A DNA stretch of 64,000 bases from assembly GCF_009914755.1 (NCBI RefSeq), contig NC_060926.1; one strand, given 5' to 3'. The position numbers and the translations under genes were made by a program. The DNA comes from the human T2T-CHM13v2.0 reference genome, Homo sapiens. Below are positions 34,346-51,534 of this stretch, piece after piece. Within the stretch, counting starts at the first letter, position 1, and each line of letters begins with the position of its first letter. Under the pieces are notes generated by a model. That model was not told the DNA's origin, did not search any database, and worked only from the letters and a program-made list of their open reading frames with translations.

Positions 34346-35636
34346 CTGTAAAAACAAAATTAGAATGCATTGCTCATAGAGAACAAAAGTATTTAATTTT
34401 ACTACAAACTATCTTCTTTTATGACTGCTATATGGAAGCACAAGCTTTTAGAATATTTCTAGATGATTACGGCTTTTTAAAAAACCAAAGTACTCGAGAC
34501 AGCAACTGCTAATAGTGATCAGCAACTGACAGTGTGAGGCTATAAAACAAATCAAAGCATATTAGTACCAAATTGCGCTACTATTAAGGAAAATCTGAAA
34601 GTGTTAGGAAAAAAAGTATCAAATGAACTCTTAAAAAATTAAAAACAAGTCATGAGCATGATCACATTACTAGAAGTGGGAGAAAAGAAGGTGAAAAACA
34701 TTACAACTCACACTACAAAAAAACAATATGCTATATAAATTTGGAACTTACCAAAAAGAACATCCAGGTAAAGCCACGTTACGCATGCAAAATAAAATGT
34801 AGATACAAACATAAAATACGGTAACGGTTCCCTGACCAGATCCAGAAAACACAATAATATATTAAACAAAAGCAAAAACCACAACAACAAAAAAGAAATG
34901 AGAAAGAAGCAAAACTAGAGTTAAGACATGAAAGAGGGAAATGTGAAAGACAAATAGTATTTTAATCAACTGTATAATTAAATTTACAAAAGTCCCAATT
35001 TTTCTTTTAAAATCAACTATTGATATAATTTCTAAAAGAATCTAGCTATTTTTAATGCCCTATAAGATTCTCAGAATTCCAATAAATGATCTAGAACCTT
35101 GACACTCTTGAGTATAGTTTACTGAATAGCCACTCCCACATCATTCAGGAGCTTGTTAGAAAAGCAGAATCTCAGGCCTACCTCAGATCTACTGAATCTG
35201 AATCTGCCTTTTAACAAGATACCCAGGTGTTGTAAACACACATTAAATGTGTGAGAAGTTTATTCAGAACATGAGAAAACTGGAAAATATAAGTGGCTCA
35301 AAATAGCAGATTTGCTATCAAAGCCCATACAATGCTGAGGCCTCCATATAGTTCTGAATTACACTCAGGAACATTAGGGGGAAGATGCATCCATACATAA
35401 TTGTACTGAACCACTATGGTAAGTCAGAAAATTTACAGCAGTGAGCCTAACATCAGAGGAATATATATATATTTTTAACTACGAAAAACCTATTTAAAAC
35501 AGCAAGCAAAAAAAAAAAAAAAAAAAACAGCAAGCACAGCAGTCTGGAAGACCCTACTATTATAGGGTAAACCACCCTAAATATTGCACTCCCTGAAGAC
35601 ATTTAAAGAAGTAATTCTATCTAGAAAATATTCACA

Positions 35637-35924
35637 CTCAAGCCTGTAATCCCAGCACTTTGGAAGGCCAAGATGGGTGGATCACCTGAGGTCAGCAGTT
35701 CGAGACCAGCCTGACCAACATGGTGAAACCCTGTCTCTACTAAAAATACAAAAATTAGCTGGGCATGGTGGCGCATGCCTGTAATCCCAGCTACTCAGGA
35801 GGCTGAGACAGGAGAATCGCTTGAACTAGGGAGGAGGAGGCTGCAGTAAGCTTAGATCGAGCCACTGCACTCCAGCCTGGGTGACAGAGATGAGACTCCA
35901 TCTCAAAAAAAAAAAAAAGAAAAA
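35637..35924 (+). mobile_element. Slightly 5'-truncated AluS
   Basis: Lacks about the first 15 nt; TSD agaaaatattcaca at 35623-35636 and 35925-35938. Confidence 0.92.
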
Positions 35925-37890
35925 AGAAAATATTCACAAATGAAATATTTCATTACTACCCCTAAATACCAGACAAATTAAGATATATACTTGTAGTGAC
36001 TATTTTTAGCTTCATCTGAGAGTAGCTGACTCTATTTTGCACAACATTATCTGTTTCAGAACGATTCCATGTTTATATGCACATTTTAATCATTACTACT
36101 CCAAAAACATAAAGTGAATACTTATTACCTTATTCGACAACATTAAACATTTAGAATTGATGTCTTAGTCCTTTTTCCTGCTTTTCAGTACTTTAAACTT
36201 GAGTTTCAAAATACAACAGGTGAAAGTACATTCATAATAGTAAGATATGAAGGGTATAATTTGGTTTATATTGGGCTTAATAATCCCAATTTATTTTAGT
36301 TGCCCTAGTATAATTTTACTAATTGTGTCCCCTTTCCTTCCAACTTCAGTGTCCTAGTCTGAACAATAAATAATACGGTCACCATCTTACTATGAGCCTT
36401 AAATGGTCTTAAATACAAACCTCATTTTCCATATTAAGGACCTAAGACCTACAGACCTTAAAAGAACCTTCTTAAAGTTACAACTACTTAATGACAGAGC
36501 CAAGATTGGAAATCTCATCTCTTTACTTCTGAAAGTGTTCTTTCTACCATTCTACATGCCCATCATCTCCCTTTTTAATACAATCTCATAGGCTACATTT
36601 CTCATTCAACTTTATTTCCCCCAAAGCCATATATAACTAGACTCTACTTAGCTACAAACATTTATCAAACAACTACTAGATGCCTAAATTCAAAACAGTC
36701 TAGCTTTCAAGGCCCTCCACAATCTGGCCCTAACTTACTTTTCCAATCTACATTTCCCCTACATGTATTCACACACTACATACGGTAGCCAAAACAATCT
36801 ATTCACTATTTTCTATACACACCTCCTGCTTTCTTACTGTTCCTCTACTGGAATGTCAGAATCCCACCATTTAAACATGTCCCAACCCCACTATTCCTAA
36901 AGCACTTAGTTTAAATGCTAATCCCATTTTCAGAAAACCGCACCTGATTGCACTCCTTCCCTGAAATGCTAACATCTCCCTCCTCTAAACATGTATAATG
37001 TCTAACAGCAGCTATCACTTTCTATCTTCTATTATAGCTATCTCCAGCACAATTAGACAGTGTACCAAACTCAAGTTTTAATTTCCCCAGTCCATATCAT
37101 ACAGTTCTGGACAAAGGAAGTATCCAATGCAAACATCTATCAGATAAGGGATTATAATGACAAACTTCAAAGACTACCAGTGTCAGATGATATGTTTTGG
37201 TAGGTGATGCTAGAAAGCATACCTTATTATGCAACCATGGTTAAATGACTTAACATCTCTAGCCTAATACCCTCCTCATCGAAATGGAAGCTGACATGGA
37301 CAATTAACCAAGATAATGTACATAAGAATATGTAGCAATGCCTCACAGCCAGAAGCTGTACATTAAATATTAAGTGAATAACAAAGGAAGCTTGCAGATC
37401 ACTTCTTCAAAATAAATATAATAAAACTTTAATATTCCCCATTATTACCCATAGTATTTCTAATAAGAGCTGATATTTACTGAGCATACATTATGTGTCA
37501 GGCATCGATTGTTCCAAACATTTTACAGGTCTCTCACACAATCCTCTCAATATCTCTATGCAATCACGTTCCCCATTTTAGTGAAAATAAATTCCATAAA
37601 GCCTGGGTGAAAGAGGTCAACTACAACAATGAAGAACAAAAGTGTCTACAACTCTCTTGCTTCAACTACAAAAAATGCTACATTTTAGTTCCTAAAGTGA
37701 GGGAGAGTAGATACTACCAAAAATTATTAATATCTAGAACCAAGTTTTCTTAATTCAATCACATTGTTTTATAGGAAATAAAAAGCAGAAAATGGCCTAA
37801 GAACATAGGTAACACATTGTTTGATGTTATACAACAGAACATTAGAAAAGTACTACTGTGAGAAAAAATTGATTCTATTCACTACACTAA

Positions 37891-38193
<303 letters not shown>

Positions 38194-38920
38194 TCAATAC
38201 GCTAATACTTATAAAAGCATATTCATGTGATACATGCAAATATTTTAGCAAAGAATTTGTATAATGCTTTCCTTAAACTTTCTAGCTATGGGTCATTATT
38301 CTAAATATTCAAGTAAAATATGTAAAAACTGGAAATAAACAGGATAAATATCAGGCATGCTTATGGCAAAGAACCTATCTTCATACTGAAAAATCCTGGT
38401 AATTAATCTTTGTTCAATTAAGAAGCATTTTCCACACAAATATAAGTATCGAGAAAATTGAAATTTATTATGTATTCTAAATCCTAAAGTATTTCATTCT
38501 TCCAAAGAAAAAGCAATGGCAAATTACCATAAGGAATCAGTGCCTACGAGCTAAACCACTGAATACAAAGGAACGTGGGTAGTTTTTATTCACTCATTTC
38601 AATTATTACCTTCTATTGTTATTGAAACTGCTTATTCATAAATTATTTTTCTTAATCTAAGTTTTGCTAGCATTTGTTCCTCTTAAAAAAAAACCAAATT
38701 CAGAAGTTTGGTTTCAAGGAATGCTTTGTTCAAATTCTTAGTATGATATTCTAGGCCAGGCTGCTCAAAGTAAGAGTGCACTGAGATGCTATTTGGGTAA
38801 ATCTCTGCCTAAACTGTCCCAGCTACCACCCTAGTCATCAACTCTCATGTGGACTCCTACGGTAGCACCCTAACTGGTCTCTGTATTTCTCCTCTTGCCT
38901 CTTCAATCTTCTCCACATAG

Positions 38921-39248
<328 letters not shown>

Positions 39249-40109
39249 ACAGTGAACATTTTAAAGCAACACACTACCCTAAAAAAACTGATTCCACTGA
39301 TGTTATGCAAGATGTTTAACAGCACGTGAAGAATACAGGTGAATTCTCTATACTATTTTTGCAAAGTTTTTATAAGTCTAACATTATTTCAATACAAAAA
39401 TCATTTTTTAATTCCAACAGTTTCACCTCACAATTAGAATAAAAAAATAATTACCAGTGCCTCAGAATAAAGTCTAAATCAAAGCCCTTGTCTATCTCTA
39501 AGACCTCATCTTCTTTCATGCTCCTCCACCCTCACTCAGTATAGTTATCATATTGGTCTTCCTGTGTTTGCATTCACCAAGTATGTTCCCATCGCAGAGC
39601 CTTTGCATTTGTTCTTTCTCATGTCTGGGGTGCTCTTCAACATTTCTGAGCACAGCTTACTCCCTCACCTCACTTCTCTTCAGTGAGGGAGAGTAGATAC
39701 TACCAATTTTAAAATTTCATTGCTAGCCATAAATGAATTTGACAGTAGGTATAAATTCATGTCTCAAATGAGTTTCTAAATTGATTTAATCCCTTGAATA
39801 AAATCCCCAAAGTTGGGTAAAATACTTCACATTATGTCCTTCCAGCAAAGGAAAGCATAAAAGAAATGAGTGGCAACCATAGAGACTGACATATGCATAT
39901 CAAATATAAGCAAATCTCTTAAGATTACCTAAAAATTCTAATTAACACAAAGAATAGTCATGTTTTAAAAGAACCTTAGACTCCTACTTAAAATCTTTTG
40001 TAGTGTATTTCTTTTTTCATATACAAAGTGATTATACTGGCAGTAAATATTTCAAAAATGCATTTTTCTGAGGAAACGGTAGTAAATATATTTTAGGAAA
40101 ATGTATCCA

Positions 40110-40538
<429 letters not shown>

Positions 40539-41139
40539 CTAACACTAGCCTAGTAAAATATGCATTACTGAATTACTGAGTGTTTAAGATGTATACTAAA
40601 TTGAATCCTCTTAATACTTTTTCAAGGTACATTACTTTTTTTATTGTGGTAAAATACGCATAAAATTTGCCATGTTAACCTTTTCAAAGTGTGCCGTTCA
40701 GTGACTTTAAGCACATTTGCACTGCTGTGCAACCATCAGCACCATCCATCTCCAGATGGTTTTCATCTTCTCAATCAAAATACATTTTAGTCCTCATTTT
40801 CCAGATACAGAAACAGACCAGAAAAGGGTAAGATGCCAATCCGGGTCTATGAGATTCCAAAACTTGAAACACTTCTTCAATACACTTCAACATTCAAGTT
40901 GCTATACAATGACATAAAAGTAGCGTAGGGACAAGCTAAAGAAAACATTTGTATTTAATTATATTATAATCAATTACACAGACTTAAACTTCTAAAAAAT
41001 CTAATTCAACTGTTTCACTTTATAATTAAGGTTATGTTTCTCTAAGTTCACACTGCTAGTCTTCTGTTTAAATTAATTCTGGAATGCACAAAGAGTTTTC
41101 TATTAAAGAACTGAAAGGCAAAGAAAAAAACTTAAAATT

Positions 41140-41581
41140 TGTGTCCATGCCTCCTTGCAATAGAACTCTACTGCCTCCATTAAGCACTGTTGTCTATTTT
41201 CCCCACCCTTCCCATCTTGGCTGGCCTTGTGACTTGCTTTGACCAACAGAAAGCAGCAGAAACAACGAGTCACTTCTAAGTCCAGGGCAAGGTCTTGTAA
41301 CTTCTGATTTTGCTCTTTTGGAACACTGCCCTGACGTGCTGTATGTGAGGAAGCCTGAGATATCGTATCACATAGAGAAAGGGCACTTCAGCATCCCTGC
41401 TGTTCCAGCTGGGCCCATCCCCCAGAATGCACCAGTGGAATGCACTGCGGTAACCTAAAACCAGTGAGACCAGCAGAGAAACTACCCAGTCAACCCACAG
41501 AATCATAAGAAACAAGCTGCTGTCGTTTTAAGCCATGAAATTTAGAGGTGACCTGTTATGCAGCAATAGGTAACTGACACA
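41140..41581 (+). mobile_element. MLT1 (F-like) MaLR LTR fragment
   Basis: gacttgctttgaccaa, cccagtcaacccacaga, tttaagcca...gcagcaataggtaactgacaCA. Confidence 0.78.
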
Positions 41582-42309
41582 ATTAATATCAAGTTCAGCA
41601 ATATAGATTAAAATAATTTCTATTTCACCACCTGAGCACATTAATGTGCCTCAGCTAAAACTTTTGGAAATTTAAGATTCTGGCTATAGATGGTCAAATT
41701 AAAGCAAACTTTGAAATTAATTTTATCATCAGTACTACAAAAATCACTAATTATATAACGTGGTATAGTGGGGTTGGTCAAGTGTAACATTTTTGTATAA
41801 AGGGTATCACATTGCATTAATGATAACACAATTTACCTCACTTAATGGCACTATTTTCCATTACAAATAGAAATATAAATAGGTTAGTTCCTTTACATTC
41901 AATTTTAATAATTTTTTAAAACCTTTCTAATATGTGATTAACTTACTTTCAAAACCAGTAGACCAGGCATAAATCAAGCTTTTCTTACTGATTAGATGTC
42001 ATCATTGTAATTGATAATTATACAGATTTATTTATGTCAAGATGGCCTCAGATGCTACTGACTTGTACAAGATAATCTGACATTAAATGGTCCTTGCCTG
42101 CTATACTTAAGAGTTTTTATTTCTCTATCAATTATCATTTGCTCCTGATGAGAGTTCCTTTTAACGTACAGTGTGTTAGAAAATATACTTGTTACAATTT
42201 TGCCTAACCGGACTCAACAAGTTTGGTCATAGGAGAACCAAAATGCTTTTCTCTGAATAAACTTCATTTATTCTAGAATACATTTCTAGTTGTTCAAAAT
42301 CATTTGGTT

Positions 42310-42810
42310 TTTTACAGCTTTATTAAGGTACAGTTTACTTACCATGAAATTTACCCATAAGTGAAAAATAATTTTAGTAAATTAGAGTTGTGAAACTATT
42401 CACTCTATCCAGCTTTAGAACATTTCCATCACCCCAAACCCTTGTGCCCATTTACAGTTAATCCTGCTGTTACTCCCAAGCCCTAGGCAACTACTGATTT
42501 GCTCTCTTTATCAATAAGCTTGCCTTTTCTAGACATTTCCTATAAAAGAGAATCAGACAATATGCAGCTTTTTACATCTAGCTTCACTTATTCATGTTAT
42601 AGCGTTTATCGTAGTTTGTTCCTTTTAATTGGTGAGTAGTATTCTGTTAAATGTACACACTACATTTTGTTTATTCATTCGTCAGTTAATAGGCATTTGA
42701 ATTGTTTCCAATTCGGGGCTATCATGAATAACAAATTCTGCTATGAACATGTCTTTGGGTAGACATATTTTCATTTCTCTTCGGATAAGTCCCAGAAGTG
42801 GAATTGCTTT
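42310..42810 (-). mobile_element. L1M fragment
   Basis: Reverse L1M 3' UTR motifs. Confidence 0.7.
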
Positions 42811-43643
42811 CTTCCTAACTCTGAGATATGATTCAAAGAGGCAAGTGACATGAAAAGTACAGATAAGTGAAGAGTTACTGTAATAACATATTATTCAGAC
42901 AACAAATATCTTAACCTATTATATTACCAGGCATTGTGGGAGAAGCTGAGAAAAACTATGAATAATGTACTGACCCTGCCCTAAACAAGCTCATTGTCTA
43001 GTGAGGGATGTGTATATACGTGTACAGGGAACTCCCAATTGTTTTTTCTTTTTGGTTTGGTTGGCTTTTTTGTTCTTTTTAAGGTAAATATCCAGTTTTT
43101 GAAGCTGATTAACTTCTAGGTGCAAGGTTTAAAGATGGTGAAAAACTACTATGATCAATTCCCATATTCCCTTCAAGACAAAGGTTTTCACCAACTGGCA
43201 ATAACATGAAAAGGGTAACAACAAAAACAAAATCTACACATTAGTGTGATAAAGACCACAATAAGAAAGGTCAGAACTTCTAAGAGTGGTGAAAATGCTG
43301 AGCAAAACAGGGAAGTCAAAGGAGAGGCTGCTCTGAGTAGGTACCCATGAATGATTTTTGGTACATGAATACATACTGACAGAGGGCATGACAGCTGATG
43401 TTAAGTTTTCTCAAGCCTGTAAACAGGAATAAAGCTGATGTTTAAATTATCCTGGCTTCTGTCTGGCCTTTTTGGACATCTGTTGTTCTTGGGAGATTTG
43501 GAGACAAAGTGAGGTGGCATCACTGGGAGAATAATTCCCACTTAAAATCTGTAATACTCTGCCTCCACAAATTCTTTCAACACAGAGGGACCTCCTATCC
43601 ATTCACTCTACCATCTTTTTACTGTCACTCATCCCCTTACGCC

Positions 43644-43945
43644 TTTTTTTTTTTTTTTTTTAGACAGAGTCTCACTCTGTCCCAGAGTGTAGTGGCATGA
43701 TCTCGGCTTACTGCAGCCTCCGCCTCCCAGGTTCAAGTGATTCTTGTGCCTCAGCCTCCCCAAGTAGCTGGGAAAACATGCGCACGCCACCACACCTGGC
43801 TATTTTTTTTTTTTTTTTGTATTCTTTAGTAGAGACAGGGTTTCACCATGTTGGTCAGGCTGGTCTCGAACTCCTGACCTCAAGTGATCCACTCACCTCA
43901 GTCTCCCAAAGTGCTATTACAGGCATGAGCCACTGTGCCCAGGCC
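43644..43945 (-). mobile_element. AluS
   Basis: Reverse Alu with poly(T) and a small deletion. Confidence 0.9.
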
Positions 43946-44039
43946 CCCTACTTTCTTATCCATCTTAACTTTAAATGGCCCATCATTATAATTACTGCCT
44001 TGCCCTTCCCTCCCTCTTTCATAACTGTCTGATAAAACC

Positions 44040-45256
44040 TACAGTAGCAGAAAAGCATATACTTTGCTGACTCTGATCTCAACCTGATTTCATGATCATT
44101 GACCACAACTGAGTAGCAATACTACTCAAACTTTTCTGTCAATTCATTTTCCTACTGTCCTAGATGATTATTCCATTCCTTTCTCTCTCTCTCAAATCCC
44201 TCAATAATCTTCTTCAACTTGACAGTCAGCTTAAACCTAACCTGAGATCTACATTCATATAAACAATTGGCTATTTGATATCTCCACTCAGATTTCCAGT
44301 AAGCCTCTCAAACTTAACACGTCTAATATTGAGCTACTGAGTACTTCCCCCACTGCATTCACTGTACTACTCCCACTGCACTACCCCAAACCTATTTCTC
44401 CTGTTCTCTCACCCCATTATATCTTGACATGAGTTCAGGCCAAAAACCTTAAAGTCTTATTTCTCACTGTCCATACACCCAACACCCAATTCATCAGCAA
44501 ATACTATAGGTTCTGTCTTCAAAAATATATCCAGAATCTGAACATTTCTCACCTCAACCACCCTAGTCCAAGCCACCATCAGCTCTCATCTCAATGATGG
44601 CAAATTTCCTAACTATTCTCCCTATTTTCACCTTTGCTCTCCTGCAGACTATTCTCTACCGAGTAGCCATAGTGATCACAGTCATATCACTTCATTCCCC
44701 TACTACTCCCCTCCTATGGCATCTCAACACACTCAGGGTAATTAGCTAAGGTCCTCACTATGGTCCAGAAAGCCCTATATGATCTGCCTATTCATTACAA
44801 CCACTGGCACTTCATGTCCTACCACCGTCCCCTTCAATCATCTACTCTGCTCATAATGCCCTCCTTGTTCCTGAACATGCCAGGCATGCACCCACCTGAG
44901 CCTTTGGAGCTGCGGTTCCTTCAGCACAGAATGCTCCTCCCCTAGCTAAACTCACTCCCTCATATCTTCAAATCTCTGCCCTAATGCTTTCTTCTCAGTA
45001 AGGCCTTTCCTGGTCACCCTAAGTAAATTACATCTGCCAGGCATTAGTCTTATGCTTTTACCCTGCTTTGTTCTTCCTAGAACTCTTTACCTGGTATTAT
45101 ATTCTTATTTGTTCATTATTTATTTCTGTTCAACATAATATAAGCTCTGTAAGAACAGAGACTTCTGTTTGTTCACTGCTGGAATCCTCTCTTCCAGAAC
45201 AGAACTTGGCTCATAGAAGGCGCTCAATAAAGGATTTAAATAAATAAATGAATAAT
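44040..45256 (+). mobile_element. L2 fragment(s) including the 3' end
   Basis: ctcaaacttaac, ctagtccaagccaccatc, and terminal ...ctcaataaa...aatgaat. Confidence 0.75.
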
Positions 45257-48169
45257 CAGTGGAGAATGTGATGGAAACATACATATGCAGAACTTAAACT
45301 AATTTGGAAAGGTCAGGGAAAGCTTCTCTGAATGGTGGCATTTAAGCACAGACCTGAAAGACAAGCTAGCCTAGTGAAAGAACATGGGAAAGAGAGACTA
45401 TTCCAGATAGTAAAAAAAAGTCGAGGCAAAAGAAACATGGCCATTTGTTCAATGAAAGTATAAACATACTTTCCCCAAATACAACACTCCTTTAAAAAAA
45501 TAAAGCAAGCAAATATATTTTCCTTAGGTTCTACATTCTATCCTACACTAGACAATGGGAACTAACATAGTATACTAGCCTGCATACTCTTGGCCAGGGA
45601 CCATTAATGTACCTATTTAAAATATTCTTGGCCAAGATGAGTACTACGAAGAATAAAAGAAAGTAAGTACTCTGCAACATGTGTTATTTATTCCATTGTA
45701 GCTTTTACTGTGTTATTTTCAATCTTGGCAATTAACTTTAGATCTGACAAAAGGTAGTACTGAACCTGCCATGAAGAAACAATGAGAAGATAACATGCTA
45801 AAGGTACTTAAAAGGTACAAGGTTAAAAGTGGCTAAAGGCCCCAAAGAAATGACCAAGGAAACCAAAGTTAAAGGTCAATAGGTGATTAGGTAGTGATAA
45901 TGTCCTCTGCTACTATGAAGGGCATCAAAATCACCACTGCAGCCAAATGGACCAACAACTGTTTGAAAGCTGAAAAACTATCACTTACAGGCAAGACATA
46001 ACTTCAGGAAATTTGAAGAGTATGGAAAAATGACTACAGATGCCAGAAATGTATATACTTGAAGGCTATGCTATGGAACCCCAGTGTAATGCTCATTGGC
46101 AGCCTCATTTCCAGGAAAGCAGAAAGTCTCTTTGAGTTGAAGAGGTTATGAATATAGTTTAGTATGACAAAAATATATAGCACATAAGATGCACAAAATA
46201 ATATTCTGAAACCACAGGTAATTATATAAAAAGGATAAGAAAGGAGATGTTTTAAAATAGATGTGTTTTGGGATCATAAGAACCACCCTTGAGAATATGA
46301 AAAAAAGCTTAATAATTCATTCACACACAAATTCTATATGCAACTTTAGGGGATTCTCAAACTCATGAAAATTCAGTGGAAAAGCGCAGGTAAAATCATC
46401 ACACTGAAGACAAAGCTATAACCCATAATGAAAGCTACACAGCAGGCTTTTACAAATTATCTAGATTGATGTTAGAAGACAGAAGGTTAGAGGAAAGTAG
46501 GCTCCAGGAAAAAAAAAAAATTATAAAAAGGTGACATGATTATAAGGCCAAATAAATTTAAAGAAAGTAAAAAGGCTTATAACTATAATTTCAGAAAGTC
46601 ATGGTATAACTATGAAACTGTAAAATAATTTTAAGTAAATGACAGAATTTAGGAAGAGAGATTCCTTTTCTCTTTAAGGCTAAATATATTATTCATCTTA
46701 CAGCCCAAAGTGTGACAATGGAATAAAGAAATCCAAACCAAGCACTTAGGCCTTTATTAATATTTAATTTTTTTCAACCAACATATAATAAATATAGTAT
46801 CAGAACACTGTATAATTACAGAACCAAAAAAAAAAGCATTAACAATTTTGACAACATGAGAAGAAAAGGACAAATGGATAAATAACCAAGGGTGAGGATA
46901 TAAAAAAAAAAAACTATATTAAAGTTAAAAAAGGAAGTAATCAATGATCCAAAAATACTAACAAAAAACACTGGGAAAAAGGCTTGAGAGGGGAAGTAAG
47001 GGGAAGTAAATTGAGCAAGCTAAATCCTCATCTTTTGTTGCATAGGAGAGACACTGTCTAAAGTTGGTAACTGAAGTTATAAGGGAATAAGCATATTTGT
47101 TATAGTTCTAGCAGTAACCTGTAGAAATTCTAAAAATAGAAGTTCCCTCTGAGGAATATGACTAGGGTGGGAAAAAGTAAACTAGGAGATATTCACTTTT
47201 CATCCTAAATTCTTCTGGACTATTCATTATCATGTATTCATGTTCTTTGGGCAAAAATAAAAAACAAAAAATTTAAATCACTTTAGGTAGGTCACCAGTG
47301 CTGATGCAATTCCCTGCCACTATTTGACCTATTTCAATTACTTTCCAAATATATCAAAGCAAGGCTTACTTGCATCTCCTGAGGAGTTCTTTTATTTATT
47401 GTTTGTTCAAGATAGAATTAAAGACTTTTACATGTCTAAGAGTCATTAACAACTCAATACTGATGATATCTTTTTAAAAGAACATTGACATTTCAGTTAA
47501 TTCTCATTGTATCAAAATTCCTTAAATCCTGGCAATGTTTAATTGGTCGGGACCAAATATTCCTTTGAGTTTCCATTAGGGCATATATATTTATTCATGA
47601 TGCTGTTACAACTCCCAGCATGCTGTTACAACTCCCAGTTACATTATTTTACAGTAAGGTGATTCCTTCTAAACCAAACTCTTATTTGTTGGCCTACTAC
47701 ATGCCAGTCAAGAGGGATTCAAAGATGAGTGCGTGGTCCAGGAAGATGCAGATGTGGGGTACCACAGAGAAAGTGATTGTTTTTTGTTTTGTTCTGCTTC
47801 CCCTGGTGGAGGTTGGAGGGAGGGAGGAAGGGAGGGCGAAAGTAGGAGAGATTGGATGGCATAAAAATCAATGTTTGGATTAACATGGCATTTGTCCCGG
47901 CAGGAAATGTAGACCTGAAGGGGATAAATTCAAATGACATTATAGTGGGGAACCCGGACAAGTCGTAAATGACCAGTTTGATATTTTTTACAAGTCAAAA
48001 GGGATTCTGAAGGTTGTAGTTTAAATAACTAAGTGGATGGTGACAGCTCAAGGGGGGAAACACAAAAGAGAAAAAAAGGTAGGATAATCACATGTTCCAT
48101 ATTGGATAAAAAGTTTTCTGTTTAGCTTGTGGAGCTGTCCAAAGGGGTAGCTAGAATTCAGCTCTAGAG

Positions 48170-48693
48170 CAGCAGTCCCCAACCTTTTTAGCACCAGGGA
48201 CCAGTTTCATGGAAGACAATTTTTCCATGTACTGGGGCGGAGGGGTGGAGGGTGGTTTGGGGTGACTAAAGCACATTACATTTATTGAGCACTTTATTTC
48301 TATTATTACATTATAATATGTAATGAAATAATTACACAACTTATCATAATGTAGAAGCAGTGGAAGCCCTGAGCTTGCTTTCCTGCAATTTCATGGTCCC
48401 ATCTGGGGGTGATGGGAGACGGTGACAGATCATCAGGCATTAGATTCTCCTCAAGAGCTCGCAACCTAGATCCCTCGTGTGCACAGTTCACAATAGGGTT
48501 TTCACTCCTATGAGAATCTAATGCCACTGCTAATATGACAGGAGAAAGAGCTCAGGCAGTAATGTGAGTGATGGGGAGTGGCTGTAAATACAGATGAAGC
48601 TTAGGGTACTACCACTCATCTCCTGCTGGGCAGCCGGGTTCCTAACAGGCCACGGACTGGTACCTGTCTGTGGCCTGGGGGTTGGGGACCCTG
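48170..48693. mobile_element. MER1 (MER1A-size) hAT-Charlie element, complete
   Basis: TIRs cagcagtccccaacc / ggttggggaccctg; 8-bp TSD ctctagag/atctagag fitting the NTCTAGAN Charlie target. Confidence 0.88.
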
Positions 48694-48990
48694 ATCTAGA
48701 GCACAGAATATAGGAGATCGTATATGTACTTAGTTGAAGCCACAGCAGTAAGTGTTTTCACACATATACACTATGGGGGGAGAAGTCATTTAGGAAAACC
48801 CACATTTAAAGGGTACCCAGAAGAAAAGCCAGCAAAGTAGTCCAAAAAGTCAAAGAGGTAAATGTTAAGTTAACAGCTTCCATTCTTCAAGAGCAATTTG
48901 TCACACACTGTACTAAGTGCTTTAGGAAACAATGAACTACTCCTTGAGATTGGTATTATCACCATTTTAGAAATAAGAATAAAGATACCT

Positions 48991-49359
<369 letters not shown>

Positions 49360-51019
49360 TCAAATTCTGGTTTACTGAATCCAGAGTCCATCCTCTTAAC
49401 CAGTATGTTACTATCTTAATAGGAGTCATGACAAAACAAGGAATGCCCTCTTAAAGACAAGTTAAGAAGGAGTTAAATATGCCTACTGTTTCCTTCTAAG
49501 TCCTTACCAAACCACAGTGCATGCATGTGTCAAGGGCCTCCCTACACCTATCACCAATTCCACCACCCCACCCCTAAAACACATTTATGTTTTTAGGAGT
49601 TGAGACTCTTGCTCTATTTCTGGGTGACTTTCAATAATACCATTAATAAGATATATCTGAATAGTTCTACTAAAAAGTACAATCTTTTTTTAGCTAAAAT
49701 TAACTCCATAACTTTTAAAAAGTGTGGATAAGTTCAGGTCCTGACATAAATCTAAAGCAATGTTTGAATACAAGTGAAAGCTGGTTATGTTAGAGTGTAT
49801 CAAATAGTTCCATTCATTAATGGGACATTTATTTAGTGCCTCTTATGTGTCAGGCACTAGGGATAAAACATTTTTAAAAGGCTCTATTGCTTCGCCTCTG
49901 AACTAACTTTACTGCTGATTATTACACTTAGAGTTGCTTTGTCTTTCCTAGAGTGACTTTATAAGCTACTTCAATAAAAAATTATGTTTTACATAACATC
50001 TTATAATTCTATGTTCCTTGGGAGAGGGGATAAATAATATCTATAACATAAAAGATTCCTATAACTTAGGAAAACATAATTTTCAAATTATTTCAACAAC
50101 AGCCTGTGTCCTAGTCTAGAATCCCTATATCACTCCTGTGGCACTCTACTCGCCAGCAATGTCCCTATTCTTAAAGACTTCAAGATCTAATTCAGCATAC
50201 ATAGGATAGTAATTTTTATCATTTCCTCATTAATTTGGATATCAAATCCAAAATTTTACATTAAAATGTGCAATAGGCTAATTCCATAATAACACTATTG
50301 TGCCAGATAATATTTTTACTGTTTTAAAAAACACAAACTACCTTTTAGGTGTAATGCAATATAGGAAAGAGAAAAAAAAAGTTTAAAAAATATTGGAAAA
50401 AAAATTAGAAAAGTTTTAACATACACCTGAACATTTGCTTACATTGCCTTTTAGGTTTCCTGAGCCAAATAATTTGTATGTGTTAATAAAATAAGAAAGG
50501 AGTTTCTACTATTTTCTTCATCCAGGAAAATAACAGATTCCCCTCCAGGTACCCTTAAGAAACCTACGAGAAACAAATTTCATTTGAGAGTTACACTTTC
50601 AAAATAATGAAAGCATTTATATTACAGATAAATTAGATAATCTTTCAGCTCAAAAATACTTGGCTTAATCTGAAATTAAATGAGGAACTCTATTAATACA
50701 CATAACCTGGCACACATTAGATAACAAGTGGCTGCTATAATTATAAAACTGGTATGGCTTTTATTCATTTTGAATTTCATTTAATCAGCTTGCTCTGAAG
50801 CATGAGGCATTTAGTTCAACATCATGACCCAAGGAAAAAACCTCATTCCTTGGTCCTAGATTTTCCCTAAACCCAGAATCGGAAATATAAAACTTGTTAC
50901 AACTGGTCACAAACAAGAAAGTAAAAATGACTCAACAGAGTCCAACATCATCACTGTAGAAGTCATGTTGTGTACCAGTCCTGCTACCTGTCAGCAGTGC
51001 CTTCCTTTGTTGCATATCA

Positions 51020-51534
<515 letters not shown>

